Positions 1-13,466 of a stretch of 64,000 nt of DNA are shown here, piece by piece. Both the position numbers and the translations under genes were made by a program. A model generated the notes under the pieces. It saw only the letters and a program-made list of their open reading frames with translations, was not told the origin of the DNA and searched no databases. The DNA lies in contig NC_087251.1 in assembly GCF_037042905.1 (NCBI RefSeq), positions 34,226,001 through 34,290,000 on the forward strand, written 5' to 3'. The stretch comes from Lytechinus pictus. Taxonomy: Eukaryota. The first letter of the stretch is position 1. Every line of letters starts with the position of its first letter.

Positions 1-1018
1 TTCTTCCCTGTTCTATTTGTGCAATAAACTGCAACACAAGATGGCATTTTGTCGAAGGTGAATCATCAATATCATACATTTAGTCCATTACTTTCTTCTA
101 CGGCGCGTTTTCGAACAATTGACCTAGCAAAATGGCGGCGGTCACGTGACTTATCGAGTTTGCCGGCGATGTTTTGCTTTGGTGAACACGACTTCCACGT
201 ACTTCCAGTTCAGTGGAGTTCGGGCCCTTGTTTTCAATGTGCAGTGGTTTTTCTGTCAAGTGCCCAATTGAATTCAAAATTTTGTTTACAGTGAATGCTT
301 CTCCTGTTTACTGTGCTCTTTACTAATTATTTAATGGTCAATTGTCATACTTATCCTTCCCAGGCAGTTAATAATGTTTTGGGAGTCAAATGAGCTGATA
401 CATTGAACCTCTACTGTTAGAGATTTATGTAACAACTGGCTCTCCATAATTAAACCACAACTTAAAACCAGAGTTTAAATTAAACTGACTTCGGAATACG
501 GACCCCTGGGTCTTGATTTATTTTGGATCATATTGTATTAACAGTCATGTACTATGTAACTGTATTCCTCTTCTCAGTGAGGGCCGTCTCCTGAAGCTGT
601 TTGTAAATAATTCATCACCTTACGGATGACTGGTGACCCTTTCTTGTGCTAGATGATATATCCCTTAGCTGACTTACACCTAAGAACATGCTCCAGTTGT
701 GCATAATCTTGTGTCTAGCTGTATGAATAGCTTTCATTGAATGGGCAACTCAGATATTCGTGGAGCCTTTACTCGGTATCTGACAAATAAACATTTGAAA
801 TTGTGTTCTAGACAGTTATGGAAGTCCATGACATTTATGCTACAGTGTCTCTGTAAAGATAAAACATTGATATTTAAATCTATTATCATAATTATGTGGA
901 CGATGCATTGGTTTTCATTTCATATTTGTAATATTACCTGATAATAGAGTCAATCGGTGACAGTTATATTTCATTCTTTGTAATTGTTATTCCTCCTCTT
1001 TTCTTTTTTTTCTTCCAG

Positions 1019-1048
1019 AGATAGACCTTCAATTACAAATATAATCAA
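1019..1048 (+). CDS. unidentified gene, internal 30-nt exon ([10 protein letters not shown])
   Basis: Long polypyrimidine tract ...tcttccag|AGAT; donor AA|gtgagt. Confidence 0.75.
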
Positions 1049-4000
1049 GTGAGTATAAAAAAAATATCTAGACAAGTGCAATGATTGACAATTCAAAATG
1101 AGTTTTCAAACACATATAACTTTCAACCCAGAAAAAAAAGTCCCAATAGGGTTGCCACCCCTCAATGATCTCTACCAAGAGAGAGTTGCTTCTAAGCACA
1201 AAAAGTATGAATTCAATAGTAATATTCTCCAGTTTTGTTCTCTGTAATATTGCTTAACAGATTATGCAGGACCCCACCCACCCACTCTACCAGAACTTAG
1301 TTACTTTCAACTGATCAGTCATTCGTCTATGTACACCATGCACACTGAAAACCCGTTTCAGACAATCATTTGTCCCCAACGCCATCCATCACTTTAATGC
1401 TCAAATCTGAAGGACTGTGTCTCACCCGTGATTAGTACCCTACTTGTTTTGAATTTATTGTTTAATAATTGTTATAGATGTAAATTTTGACTGTATAAAT
1501 ATGGATATATTTTTTTTTAGAGGTTCACTTCTGAAAACAGACACCACATTTCTTACTCTCAATTATTATTTACAATTGCACAGGATTTAATTTTGGAGGG
1601 GGCGGTAAGTGCACGCAAAGCGTGCCAACATTTACAGAGCGCGCGAAGCGCTCCCTAGGGGAGAGGGTGCAGGGAGCGCGAAGTTTTTGATATCTCATCA
1701 AATTCAAATCAAAAGAATGCGTCTCTTGCATCTCTAGTACCCTTATCAACTCGAATATTGACTTAATTGCTGTGATTAAAAGAATTTTGTTTTCGAAAGA
1801 AATTATAAGCGCCCCCAAAATGGGAAAAGATTGGATAATCTAAAATAATTCCTCTTACTGCGCTAAGCGCGGAAGCTTAAAACGTTTTATAAAAATAAAG
1901 AACAGAAATTATATAATTATGCATACCTTGGTCACATCAGATTTGAGTGTAAAAAGTTTATCTACATCAAATTTTGTCAACTCAATTCGCAAAACAGAGT
2001 AGAAGACGGGTATATACAGAATTCAAAGTAAAAAGGCCCTATTCCTTTCCGCGAATGGCGTTGAAGCTCTGATTTTTTTAAATTTATCTGAAACTTTAAT
2101 CTGTTCTAATTTTGATATTTCTTAGATTATATATAACTCGATTAAGAAGAAAAACGAGCTCAAATCGAAGCTCGAAGAGGGACTTTTCCTTTCCCATGCT
2201 CACGAAGCACGGAAACCTCTGTGATTTATTTTGGAAGAAAAAAAAAATTCACTTATATTATTAAAGCGCCTCCTTTTGTTTGATTAAGAAATTTCAGTGA
2301 TATTCAAAATTTCAAATCAATGCCACAGACAGGAGATATATGTGCAGCGATACAGAACAAAGTTTGATATCGTACATACTTTTGCATATAGCACGGCACA
2401 AATTTAATCCCCCCCCCCCCCTTTGAGCAGATACTTTGCCAAAAATTACTTGCTGAAAAGCGGAAGAAATAGCATTTGGGGAGTGACGGTAATGTTTACC
2501 CGCTTTGAACAGAAGAGCCAAAGTTTGTGTCAATTCAATATAAAAAAAAATCATACTCTATACACCCATGTAAACTTTATAATTTCTGGCAAGAAGATAC
2601 GATTCCCATGGCCGGGAAGGGGAAAAACGGAGTAGAAAGAAGGTGTGGCAAACAAAAGGGAATGGCAATTTTGATATTTTTCCTGCGCAGAGCGCGAAAG
2701 CAAAATTTTTAGCATGAAGAGAGAAGAAAGTCTCATTTAGGTTGTTATTCTTTTGACCAAAAAGGAAGGAAAAAACAACAAAAGCTATACCTTTCTTCCC
2801 TTTTCTCCTTTTAATTGCCTTTTCTTTTTTTCCTTTTCCCCTTTGCATGCTAGCTTTCAATCCATTTCAAAACTTAACCAACAATAATATTATTGTAAAA
2901 TATTATTCTTAAAGCTGAATTAACTGCTAGCTTGTGGCTCGTAATTTTAATTCTTGTGTATTGTATCTTTTACTTGAATCATGTATACCTGGGTTAAGAT
3001 AGTTTCCCTATGTTGACTTGTTATCACCATCTTTTGTTTTTGTTTTGTGTATATAAATTGTATATCTACATGTATGTAAACCAGTGAAAAGGGAATTTCC
3101 TTTCTGGATAATAAAGTTATTCTATTATTCTTTTCTTATTCAGATATTCAAATTGTTATGAATTATCTATTTATTGAGCTAAAATGTAAAACATGTCTCT
3201 GTTTTAATATTGCATTTTAAATGCAGAATAGACACAATACTTTGGAAGGTGCATCATTATGCGAGTATGGCCCATCAAATAGTATTTAATCTGATTTGGC
3301 TAGATATGCACTCATTTTAATATTTCTAAATACATGTGCACTTTCTCTATCTTATCCACTTACGATATCAGGACGAGATCACCAGTTCTCAAGTCATTAA
3401 TTCCCACTCCCAAAGAAGCTAATGAGTATTTGTTTGGCAAGATGACACTAGATGCATCTGGGTAAGTAACAATATCAGTGACCACTTTCCCCCCGACACC
3501 AAATTGGCGAACTGTTGCACATTTTGTGGATCAAACTGCTTCCTCAGTTTTTGCCTAATACTCCTGAGACTTGGTACACACATTGGTTTTGGAGTGAATA
3601 TGTACAAGACATATTTTTAAAAATGTATGGGAAACTGTGTTGATATGGTAACCTTTTAATGGCAATAAATCAGGGGAAAATCTTGAGCAAACTACTTCCT
3701 CAGTATTCACCCATGCTAATGGGAGATACATATACATTGAGCTTGGAGTGAAGACATGGCAAAACGCATTCCTTGAATATGTTGAAAACTGCATTGGATT
3801 AGGCTGCCGTTGTGGCGTAGGAGTCTTAATCACTTTCAGTGATATTTCTAGTATCAAATCAGAATACTGATCTTTTGTTTCGTGCTGTATTTTGAAATAT
3901 GAGATTATCATCAAAACAGGATTGCCAACTGTAAAGCATGCAATGTTAGACCCACACATTTATGCCTTTACTCACACAAAGATTCTACTTATGTACTTTT

Positions 4001-7000
4001 GCTCTCTTGATGCACCCAATTGAACCCCAAAAATAACTTTAGGATAAAAATTTAACTTCTGTTGTTGTTTCTTTTATTCAAAGTAAATCTCAAACCCCAG
4101 ATTCTAATAAGACATTAGCTGGGAGGGGAAGACCTACCTTCTTCAAGAAAAAGTGAGTAGAGTTTATTTTGATATCAGTTAAACATATCTTCTGGTATTC
4201 TGATCGACATGGTTTACTTAAACCTGGTTTAACTTAGACCACACTTTTCTCGAATGCCAGTTGACAACTCATTCCCCAAGTAAAAATGTATTCTTGTTGC
4301 ATTGTTGTACTGGGCCAGCCGAGAAGAATCGCCGGCAATCCGCTCGAAGATGTCGTTGACGAAGCTGTTCATGATCGTCATGGCCTGGCTAGAAATTCTG
4401 GTATCAGGGTGAACCTGTTTGAGGACTTTGTAGATGTAGATACCGTAGCTCTCCTTCCTTTTCCTGTGCCTCTTCTTGCCTCTGCTGGGCCGGGGGGCCT
4501 TGACTGCTTTCTTGGAACCTTTCTAATAATGCAGCAAAAAATTATTAAAAATAGGAAAATGAATTTTAATGAATTATTTGGTACATTTTTATTGCCATGA
4601 ATATGAAATGCAGCATACCATAGAAGTGTGGTCTAACATTCTGGTTGAGACCAGGGTCAAACCTTGGTTTGATTATCAGAATACCACACATCTTCTGTGA
4701 TGAATCATAGGAAGTAATTTTAATCCTATTTTCAGTGGAATACTTTTAAGATCGAGTTTAAGTGTACCTGCAAAGCATTAGTTGTTTCACCAGAGAAAAA
4801 AGTTTTGCCAACCAAATGAAAACTTTTCTAGATTTATCATATCCAATGGAATGCAGATGTAACCAATGTTTGAGAATATCAAACTAAGTGAATTATTTCC
4901 TTCTCAAGACGAGTTTTCTCCTCCTTTTTTGTTCTTAGTTTTGTGCAATGCGAAAAATTGAAGTAATCCCAGAAATTTGAACATTATGAAAATTAGAAAA
5001 GTTGGGCTTGCTGTGTACACCTTGTATGAACAAGATATTTATTTTCATTCTTGCCACAGCATTGGTATAATTGGTGAACCGTTGAACCTGTTCAACCCTC
5101 AGACTCTAGCACCTGTTGGCTCAGAGCAAGATGAAGAGACAGAAGAAGACCAGACAAAGAGAGAGTAAGTCTTTGTTAATGTTTATAATCACTTGGTCTA
5201 CAATCAGTTAGTCTACTTCTTAGATAGTCTAATACCGCATGAGCTAGACCCATTTGGTCTACAGTACGCTTGATCTGATACCCACTTAGTCTAATTTTTA
5301 GATAGTCTAATACCACATGGGCTAAACCCATTTGGTCTATTCTCAATATTGGTCTAATATCTGTTTGGTCTACACATTATTTGGCCTTATACCCACTAAG
5401 TCCAATTTTCATTCTATGGACTTATTGTGTCTTTTTACTCAGTGGAGATCTAGTGTCACTATTTTTTCTTTTATATGTGTGATATTTTATTGAAAATAAA
5501 ATATCGTTACTTATCCAAACTTCATGCTTTGTTATGAAAAATTATTAATAGATGGGCCTGCTTAAAGTGTTTTTCATTATTCGTTTTGTGTTCATAAATA
5601 TTTGTAATAGGTTGGGTTTTTTTTTGTCATCAATCATATTTTTCTTGAAAAATGTTCAGACTAAATTTCTAAAATCAAACTCTCATCTTTTCATTAATAA
5701 CAGACATTTCATTATCAATTTTAACTTTCTATCCAGCTCATTGTCAAACTAATGTGATAACAATCATTGATTATTTAATCGATATATCCATTACCAAATT
5801 TTCATATTTAATGTACTTGTACATATTATTCTCAATTACATATTATTCATAATGTTATTTATATATTCATTAACAATTTTATTTCATTTCAATCTCTCTT
5901 ATTTTACCCCCATCGCATCCATTTCTCATCGATATACTTTTGATCTTAATACCTAATTTCATTTTTGTTGTAATTCATTAATTTTGCCTTGATTGTGATC
6001 TAATTTTTCTATTTTCATTGCTTTGAGAAATCTGCTTGTTTTAATTTCCATAGTTAGTAAATGTTCTATAGTTTTTTTGTTTAGATTAGAAATAAATCCT
6101 TAACTTATATTATGATAGGTTTAATTATGATTGAGTGCTTAAGTATTATTTTTATATACAAACGGATCAGTGAGTATGATGGCACATTTTGACAATCATA
6201 AATGCATGGACTTCAATGTCTTTGGTTTACAATATTTTTTACAATGTTGGTAGTGATCTAATTTCTCTGTTTTCATTACTTTGCTAAATATGCTTGTTTC
6301 GTTTTTATAATTGGTAAATGTTTTATAGATTTGTTTTTGTTTAGAGTAGAAGTAAATCCTTAACTTATAATCAATTTAAGTATGATTGAGTTTTGTATGA
6401 TTTTGATATATGCAATATTGCATTATGGATTAGTAAGGATGTTGGCATACTTTGCAATCATAAAATGCCTAGACTTCAATTTACTTGGTTTACAATATTA
6501 GTAAAAAATGATTTGAAAAGTGGCAAGGACATGAAGAAATGAAACAAAATAAGTGTTGATGAAACATTAGTAGGCCTATACATGTATAAACAGAGTCCAT
6601 TTCTGTCTTTTTTGTTGATAATATTTAATTCAATTCAATTCATTTATTTGACATCCTTTAGAAATATAGAAATTCATGCACAAGGATTTTATGATACAAC
6701 AACAAAAAGAGTAAAAAAATTTAAATAACAATATAATAATAAAATTTATTAAAAAATAGTAGAAATGTAAAAGATATGAAAAGAAAATGTAGCGGATGTA
6801 GGAAGTCGGTATTTCGGAACGGCCATTGACCTGTCAAAGCCGACTCCCTTGATTACTACATAATCGTACAATTAAATAGACAAATAGAATAATGCCAAAA
6901 AATGATAACCGACACAAACAGTACTGAAAGTATTTGTTTGTGTATTGTTCTCATGATATTTACACAACTCTTGATACAAATTAATATCAGGTATTTTGCT

Positions 7001-8977
7001 AAGATAACTAACCAAGAGAACTAAAAACAAATTTGGAAAAATAACGTACAACTGTATGCTTTTATACTACCATTTTTTGCTGTAAGTAATACTTTGCTGT
7101 CAATATGTGGTAGACTAGTACATGAAAGTTATGTTTATTAGCTATGAAGGGTAAATGTATTTCTTTCATTACACTAAAAAAACATGTAGTTGCATGTAGA
7201 TCATGTAAATGCAGGCAGTTTTTTGTCATGCACAAGTTTCACAGGAAATAAATAATAGCTATAACTTTCAAATTAAGCTATGGATGAGTACAAAGCATTT
7301 GGTCTACCTCATATTCCTATTCTGACACAGTGTAATGAAAATGAAATACTATTACTGTAAATACCTTTTATCATTGACATAGTGTAGATTGTTCATCTTT
7401 CTATATATATTTCCTTGAAAACATGGTCTCCTCTTGCTATATATAGTAAATACTCAGTAGGGGATCTAGCGGAGAAAGATACAACACCATTTCATGATCC
7501 ATGTTGTTTGTACAGAATGCATTGTGTCTAATCCCCTGCTGAATCCTCCCCTGATTATAACTTGCTGAATTTTTCTTATTCAACAACCTTACCTCTAATA
7601 TAATATAAACTATTCACCTATTAGAGAATGTGTAGTTTGATTTTCCTCACCGTTCTTTTCTTTGTGCAAATATTTGTTCTGTTTTTCTCAGAGGCTTTGC
7701 AGGGACGCCAACCAAACCAGCACCGATGCAAGGTAGGCCCCTGCTTCATCATTCATCAAGTTATCATATACTTTCATTGTTTTATGCACTGAGCGCTGCT
7801 GATAAAGTGGTAGCTCTAAATAAAGGGGGGATGATGGTAGTTGCTTTTTGTATCCTTTGGCAAAAAAGTGCTGTATAAATCCAGCTCGTTTGATAATTAT
7901 TATGACTTGAGGCTGGTCTTGATGGACCCTATGTCTTGGACTTGGTCTTGTTTCGGTCTTGGGGCTAATTTCTTGAATGTCTCGGTAACTAACATTACTT
8001 TTGGTGTTGAAGATTTTCCCTTTAAACTGGTGATAAGTGACTGAATGTTTGGCAATGTAAATAAAAGCTTTGTATGCGTATTTCAGATATTTGCATAAGG
8101 ATGAGATTATTGCGCATGCCCATATGTGTGTACTTGTACCAAGTTTGAAGTTGATCCGTCAAACCACCCTTTATTTATAGAAAGAATGATTGTTCTCATG
8201 TATATATTCAATTTTCTCTTTGACCTTTGACCTCATTACCTCAAAATCTAATCAGATCAAGTTTGCTCCCATTTGCATATGTGGGCCCACTTTGAAGTCG
8301 GTCCCTCTAGCAGTTCTCTGGTTTTTATGAGAACAAGATAATTTCATATTCATACATAGAATAAAGTCTGTAAACGTTGACCTTTTGACCCTCCAATCCA
8401 TTATGAGTTTATTGATTGTCACTACTATATGAGTAAAAAGTTTGAAGTTATTTGTAAAATAGCTCTCAAGTTGTCGCGAGTACGAAAATGAGACAGACGA
8501 CTCAAAGACGTATATAATGCCCAGTAATGGGTGTAGCGTGTAGGCATAACACTTGAATATTTCACCACATTGTCATTTAATAAGATATATATTTTTTAAG
8601 GTATTTAATTTATTCATATGTTTATGCCTTAGCGCACCATCGGTGTTTACTTGAGGCATTATTTATTGCATCCTGGCCCTTATTTGTTCTTGTGATAGCC
8701 AAAGAACTGTTTGATGGATCAGTTTAAAACTTGCTCCAAGTGTGCATTTAGGAGTGACAATGATCTGAGTAGCTTAGAGGCTATCACGGTCAAAGGTCAA
8801 AGTTATTATTTACATTAAATTTTGTTAAATTAAGCACACAAGTGATTAAAAACATTAATGCTTTTAATTGAATTCTAACTTTTTTATATTTTCTTTTGGG
8901 GGGCAAAAGGTGGAGTGAGCCGTCAGATGACTTCCCTGTCACAAGCGACAGATGTTTTCTCAGACGATGAAGACTGA
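1019..8977 (+). CDS. 3' part of an unidentified spliced gene; join(1019..1048,3372..3461,5060..5164,7692..7732,8910..8977); upstream exons not identified (probably left of the window)
   Basis: Five exons with AG acceptors, four GT donors and matching phases (2,2,2,1) give an open frame: [110 protein letters not shown]. An AT-rich 3' UTR-like tract follows. Protein family not recognised. Confidence 0.8.
3372..3461 (+). CDS. unidentified gene, internal 90-nt exon
   Basis: atatcag|GACG ... TCTGG|gtaagt; phase 2-2; [30 protein letters not shown]. Confidence 0.75.
4193..4686. mobile_element. inverted-repeat (MITE-like) arms flanking the H2B fragment
   Basis: tggtattctgat (4193-4204) pairs with atcagaatacca (4675-4686); ttagaccacactt (4234-4246) pairs with aagtgtggtctaa (4624-4636). 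Confidence 0.55.
4304..4522 (-). pseudogene. H2B: truncated histone H2B fragment (orphon), antisense within an intron
   Basis: Minus frame reads [73 protein letters not shown]. No ATG, no C-terminal helices, no histone stem-loop. Invariant G in HPDTG is changed to R. Confidence 0.93.
5060..5164 (+). CDS. unidentified gene, internal 105-nt exon
   Basis: ttgccacag|CATT ... AGAGA|gtaagt; [35 protein letters not shown]. Confidence 0.8.
5960..6500. repeat. diverged local tandem duplication, 2 copies of ~270 bp
   Basis: gtgatctaatttt...taaatccttaacttata...ggtttacaatatt occurs twice (~5994-6237 and ~6253-6498). Confidence 0.7.
7692..7732 (+). CDS. unidentified gene, internal 41-nt exon
   Basis: tttttctcag|AGGC ... 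GCAAG|gtaggc; [13 protein letters not shown]. Confidence 0.7.
8910..8977 (+). CDS. unidentified gene, last coding exon
   Basis: ttttcttttggggggcaaaag|GTGGA ... [28 protein letters not shown]; phase fits the previous exon. Confidence 0.7.
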
Positions 8978-10469
8978 AGTGCATACAGCTTATTTTGTCT
9001 TTGTAAAAGATATTTTCATGATGCCGTCCTTTCTTCTTCTTAGAGATGCAATTCCGTAGATCCTTCTATATCTCATATATGAACTTTTCCACCTTGATTA
9101 GTGGGCTCAAATTTGCCTTGAATAAAGTATGATATGCGAAAGAAAGAAAATATATCAATATTTGATTAATATATTTGTTTGAAACGCTTTACTAGTAAGA
9201 TGATGAGAGATTTACTTTACTGATGATGTAAATGTTAGAGGTCAAATTGGTCATAAAATTTTGAGTACTGAGTGTATAAATCATAGGTGGCCCACTTGAA
9301 AACTCAATCTAATATTCTGTTGGAGGGAGAAAGGAAGGAGATGGGAGAAAGAGAAAGGCAGAGAGACAGACAGAGAAAGAGGAGGGGTTAGAGTAAGAGT
9401 ATAAGAGAGTGAGTGAGAGAGGAGAGAGAAGGGGGGTTAACAAATGTTCTATTTGCAAGTGAATGTACCTAAAAATAAAAGTTAAAGGTTTGGTTAAGTT
9501 ATGGAGCAGGGTAAGGGGGCAATATTTGTATGATCATTTTTTGTATGGTACTTTGATAAATTGTGTAGTACCAGACGATTGTTGCAACTATACCATATTG
9601 ATACACCTACAACTGCATACCGGTAGATACATCCCATTCTACTTATATGTAATATTTCCTCGTCTGGTAATTTTCACATTTGTCTACATTTGTGACAAAA
9701 AATTTATTGTTGTAAAATGATATCATTATTTCCTTTTTTCACCTTTAAGTCATTTCAAAGAGCCCTTTGTATGAGGTATAATGTTGTGATTATTACAGTA
9801 TCATTTATTCAAAATTTGGTTTCTTCAAATTCTATTTCTGAAAATAAAGAGGATGATGTGCTTGCTGGGCAAGTTATTTTAAGGAACTTTCTGTTTATTG
9901 TGTATATGTATTTATTTTAAGAATATATTCACAAGCTTTAGCCATCTGCTTTGAGCATGTAATATTTTCAATGATTTGTGAATTAGTCCCATAAAGATTT
10001 TGCATGGCATGGTAATTTGAAATAATGTTAAATGTGCATTGTGATCTGGATTACTAAGCAAGTTTGGAATTACCAAGGAAGTTTAAGATTGTTTTCAAAT
10101 GTACACTGAGCAGAATTAGAATCTATGTCCCTACAATTCTCATCTTATTAGCTGATAAACAACAAGCATGTACAAATAAAACATTTTATTACAGTAATAT
10201 GAATATTATAAAAAGGGAATTTGACAAATAATATAGACATATGTATTGATTCATGCTGTTTATCCCTTCCATTAATGATAAAAGTTGCAAAAAAGTGGTG
10301 AATATACAGGAGATAAATGAGAAGAAACAATAGAAATTTACACGTATAAACATCTCTATCTTGAACATAATGACTATTTATATATTATACCATATATCGC
10401 TTTAATAAATATGAAAGAAATGTTAAATGTAAATTGAGAGTTTTGTTTGAGTATTACTATGAAATACAA

Positions 10470-11695
10470 AGAATATGAGGAACAATGAGAAAGCTAGAGA
10501 AAAGATATTCACGTCTTGATCTTTGCTAACCGAGTGATAGATGTGTGGAACAGTCTCCCAGAAGATGTAGTTACTGCTTGTTCAGTGATTGCATTTAAGA
10601 ATAGATTGGATAAGCATTGGGAGAAGATTGCCTATGATTTTGAGTGATTTTCGATTCTCGTGTGTTTTCATGGAATGTTTTGCTGTCTACGATACCCCTG
10701 CCACCAGGGGTGTCGATCCGTTTTTCAGATTGGGGGGGCAAAATCATAAATCAACGTTCCAAAGGCGTTCGATCACACAAAATGAACAAACCACCCCCCC
10801 CCCCCCACACACATAGGCCTATATATATATATAGGCCTACATATATATATATATATATATGTACATGATTCATGAGAAAGAGACACATATCTCACCAACA
10901 AATTAATATGCGAGCGCAAAGCGCGAGCTGAAATTTTTTAGTATACTGACCTGGAAACGGGAAAAAGGTACCTGTTTAGGACTTTTTGTAGTAACTCATG
11001 AGGACGACATGTATCTCACTAACAGATAATGAGAGTGCCGAGAGCGAGCTGAAATTTATTTATATTCTGACCTGAAAGCTTGATATTCTAAGCGTTTTGA
11101 GTACCAATAATTAAGATGGGTATTGTAAATGAACAATAGAATGCGAAGCGCGAGCTGAAAATTTTGACATTTCTAACTGAAAAAATGACAGTTTAATGGA
11201 CGTTTTTAATAAAGAACAAGATATATATCCAACAAAAGATTGTTGCAAATCGAAGCAGGAGTTCTTTTGAGGTTAAGAACTGAAAAGGGGACAATTTCAC
11301 CTATTTAATAACGAAAAGTATGGGTTTTTGCTACAAAAATGATGCGAGCGCGAAGCGCGAGCTGAAAAATTTTATATTCCAATTTGAAAAGCAGACATTT
11401 TGAGCGCGATTTTAGATAAAGAACGAGTTGTGTATTTCAATCTCGCTTGCTGATTTCTGTGTAACATTATAATATCATTATTTTATTTTTGCAGATGCGG
11501 AATTATTGGGGGGGCAAAACGATATGTTTGCCCCCCCCCCAATATTTTCATTGGTGGGGCGATTGCCCTCCCTGCCAACATAAGTAGCGCATCTAATTTT
11601 GTCTGAAGGAGAGCAGCAATAGACATTCTACTTTGATCGATGAACAGGCTTAGTCCTACAACATCGTTGGAGTAAACTAATGAGATATGAGATTT
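10470..11695 (+). mobile_element. CR1-type LINE 3' fragment, split by a hAT-like MITE
   Basis: 10522-10647 translates FANRVIDVWNSLPEDVVTACSVIAFKNRLDKHW, the typical CR1 ORF2 C-terminus; a UTR-like remainder appears to resume after ~11578. Confidence 0.75.
10705..11577 (+). mobile_element. hAT-like non-autonomous element (gcgagcgcgaagcgcgag family), 3' TIR lost
   Basis: Starts caggggtgtcgatcc; collinear with the copies at 27214 and 38915; ends at cctgccaac without the right TIR. Confidence 0.85.
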
Positions 11696-12506
11696 TTTTA
11701 TTTTATTTATTTTATTTCCACATTTCAAAACAAAAACAAAGAATATACAAGTATAATTTTTTTTTTTCAATATTACATAATAGGCAAATATTTTTTTAAA
11801 CATAATGAATAATGCACATAAATCATTATAAAATATCAACTGTACTGTGAAAATTATATCTATATATACATTTTCTTTAATTACTGAACATATATATATA
11901 GAAATGTGGGAGACCTCCATCTTAAGCTTGGAGCTTGAAAGTGATGGAGGCCTCGAAAGGAAAGGGGATAGAAAACCAGACTGTATATTGTGCAATAAAA
12001 GAGACTTATCTTTTATTGCACAAAATAATAGGAATATATCAAAAGTGGATAGATGATGCAAGGACAAGAGAATGAAACGAAGTTTGGAGATCTCTTTGTG
12101 TAGTTAAATGGTTGGAGTGTACATTGTAAAAGAGAATTGAGCATTTATATCGGAATTTGAAGGACATTTTAAGAATGAAGAAATTTGAAAGTCAATGTAA
12201 TATTCATGGGAAGTACATGTATATTTTTCCAAATTTAGGGTAAAATGAAACATAATATTTGAAAATTATATTCTGTTCAAAATTTCTATTCTTGTAGCTG
12301 TTAGTTTTAATTTCCTTTGTTTTATTTTGTCACTTAAAATTGTAAGTGACAAATGAAATGTTATATGCATGAGCACATCCCATAATCTATGTAACCTAGC
12401 TGCCACATTCTAGTTCTGGAGGGTGGCTAATGTACATTACGGTGCCATTCTGATGACAAAAATTAGCAAAGTACTAAAGTACATCAAACTGGAAATCATC
12501 CCATCA

Positions 12507-12959
12507 AAGGGGATGTTCACCCTGACGAAAATACCAGCAAAAAATTATTTTAAAAATTGGTGAAGGTTTGAGTAAATCCATCAAAGATTAAGAAATATTT
12601 ATTATTCGAAATGTTTGACTTGTGACTTGTATGCTACATTGTCCTTATATATCGTGTAGTAAAACAAATCAATAAAATGTCATTTTCTAAAAAAAATGAA
12701 CATGGTTTTTATTCTGCCTTCAGCATAATATCAAGACAAATTATTTTACCACTGCTCCTGAGAGATTTTATTTTTTAGTTTTAATAAACCACTAAAAAAT
12801 GAAATTTATGCATTTTATATTACATATAGCTTATATGACGGTACAAATAAAAAACTTCGAATTCTTATAACTTTCTTTCCTTAAACCTTCACCACTATTT
12901 TTTATTTTTTCCTTGTATTTTCACAACAAACTTTTCTTCAGAGTGAACTTCCTCTTTAA
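12507..12959. mobile_element. Kolobok-like MITE (second family), degraded
   Basis: aaggggatgttcaccctga ... agagtgaacttcctct|ttaa; homologous to the 53869-54347 copy. Confidence 0.6.
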
Positions 12960-13466
12960 TCACACAATAAGCTCAACATAAGTGAGAATATATAAGACCA
13001 GTTTTATTTTCCTTTGTGGTACTGTCATTCTGATGACATAAAGGCAAAACACCAAACTAAAAAATCGTCTCATTCAATTATTAAAATTTTGTCATAACAG
13101 TGAGTGCATGGTGTGTGTTGAGGTGAAAATTTTGAGGGGCATTGGTTCCGGGGGGGGGGGGGGTCCAAGTGTAAGAAGCAAGCAAGCCAAAAATGTAATC
13201 GTTTCTGAATCAATCATGAATTTGTGTAACCGACTTGGGCTTCGCCAGATAAAAAAAAATGATGTTGGAAAAAATATTATTCAACAAACGACATCTTTTT
13301 TTTTTTGGGGGGGGGGGTGGCAGGCTCCATGCACCCCCTCCAAATCCATAGCATCCAGCAGAATGCAACGCCAGCCTAAAGTGATAAATTTATGATGATG
13401 AAAGATCCTCCTAAAAAAGAAAAAAATGCCCTCTGCTGGTTGGTCTTAGACAGTCTCCGTAACAAA

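Noticed and set aside
578..602. Extra exon of the first gene (ctcag|TGAG...TTT|gtaaat)
   Set aside because: The only open frame ends in phase 0, which does not match the phase-2 acceptor at 1019.
4286..4600. 104-aa + strand ORF
   Set aside because: It is the antisense shadow of the H2B fragment.
11483..12067. 194-aa minus-strand ORF
   Set aside because: It runs across a MITE end, a LINE tail and AT-rich DNA, with no coherent domain.
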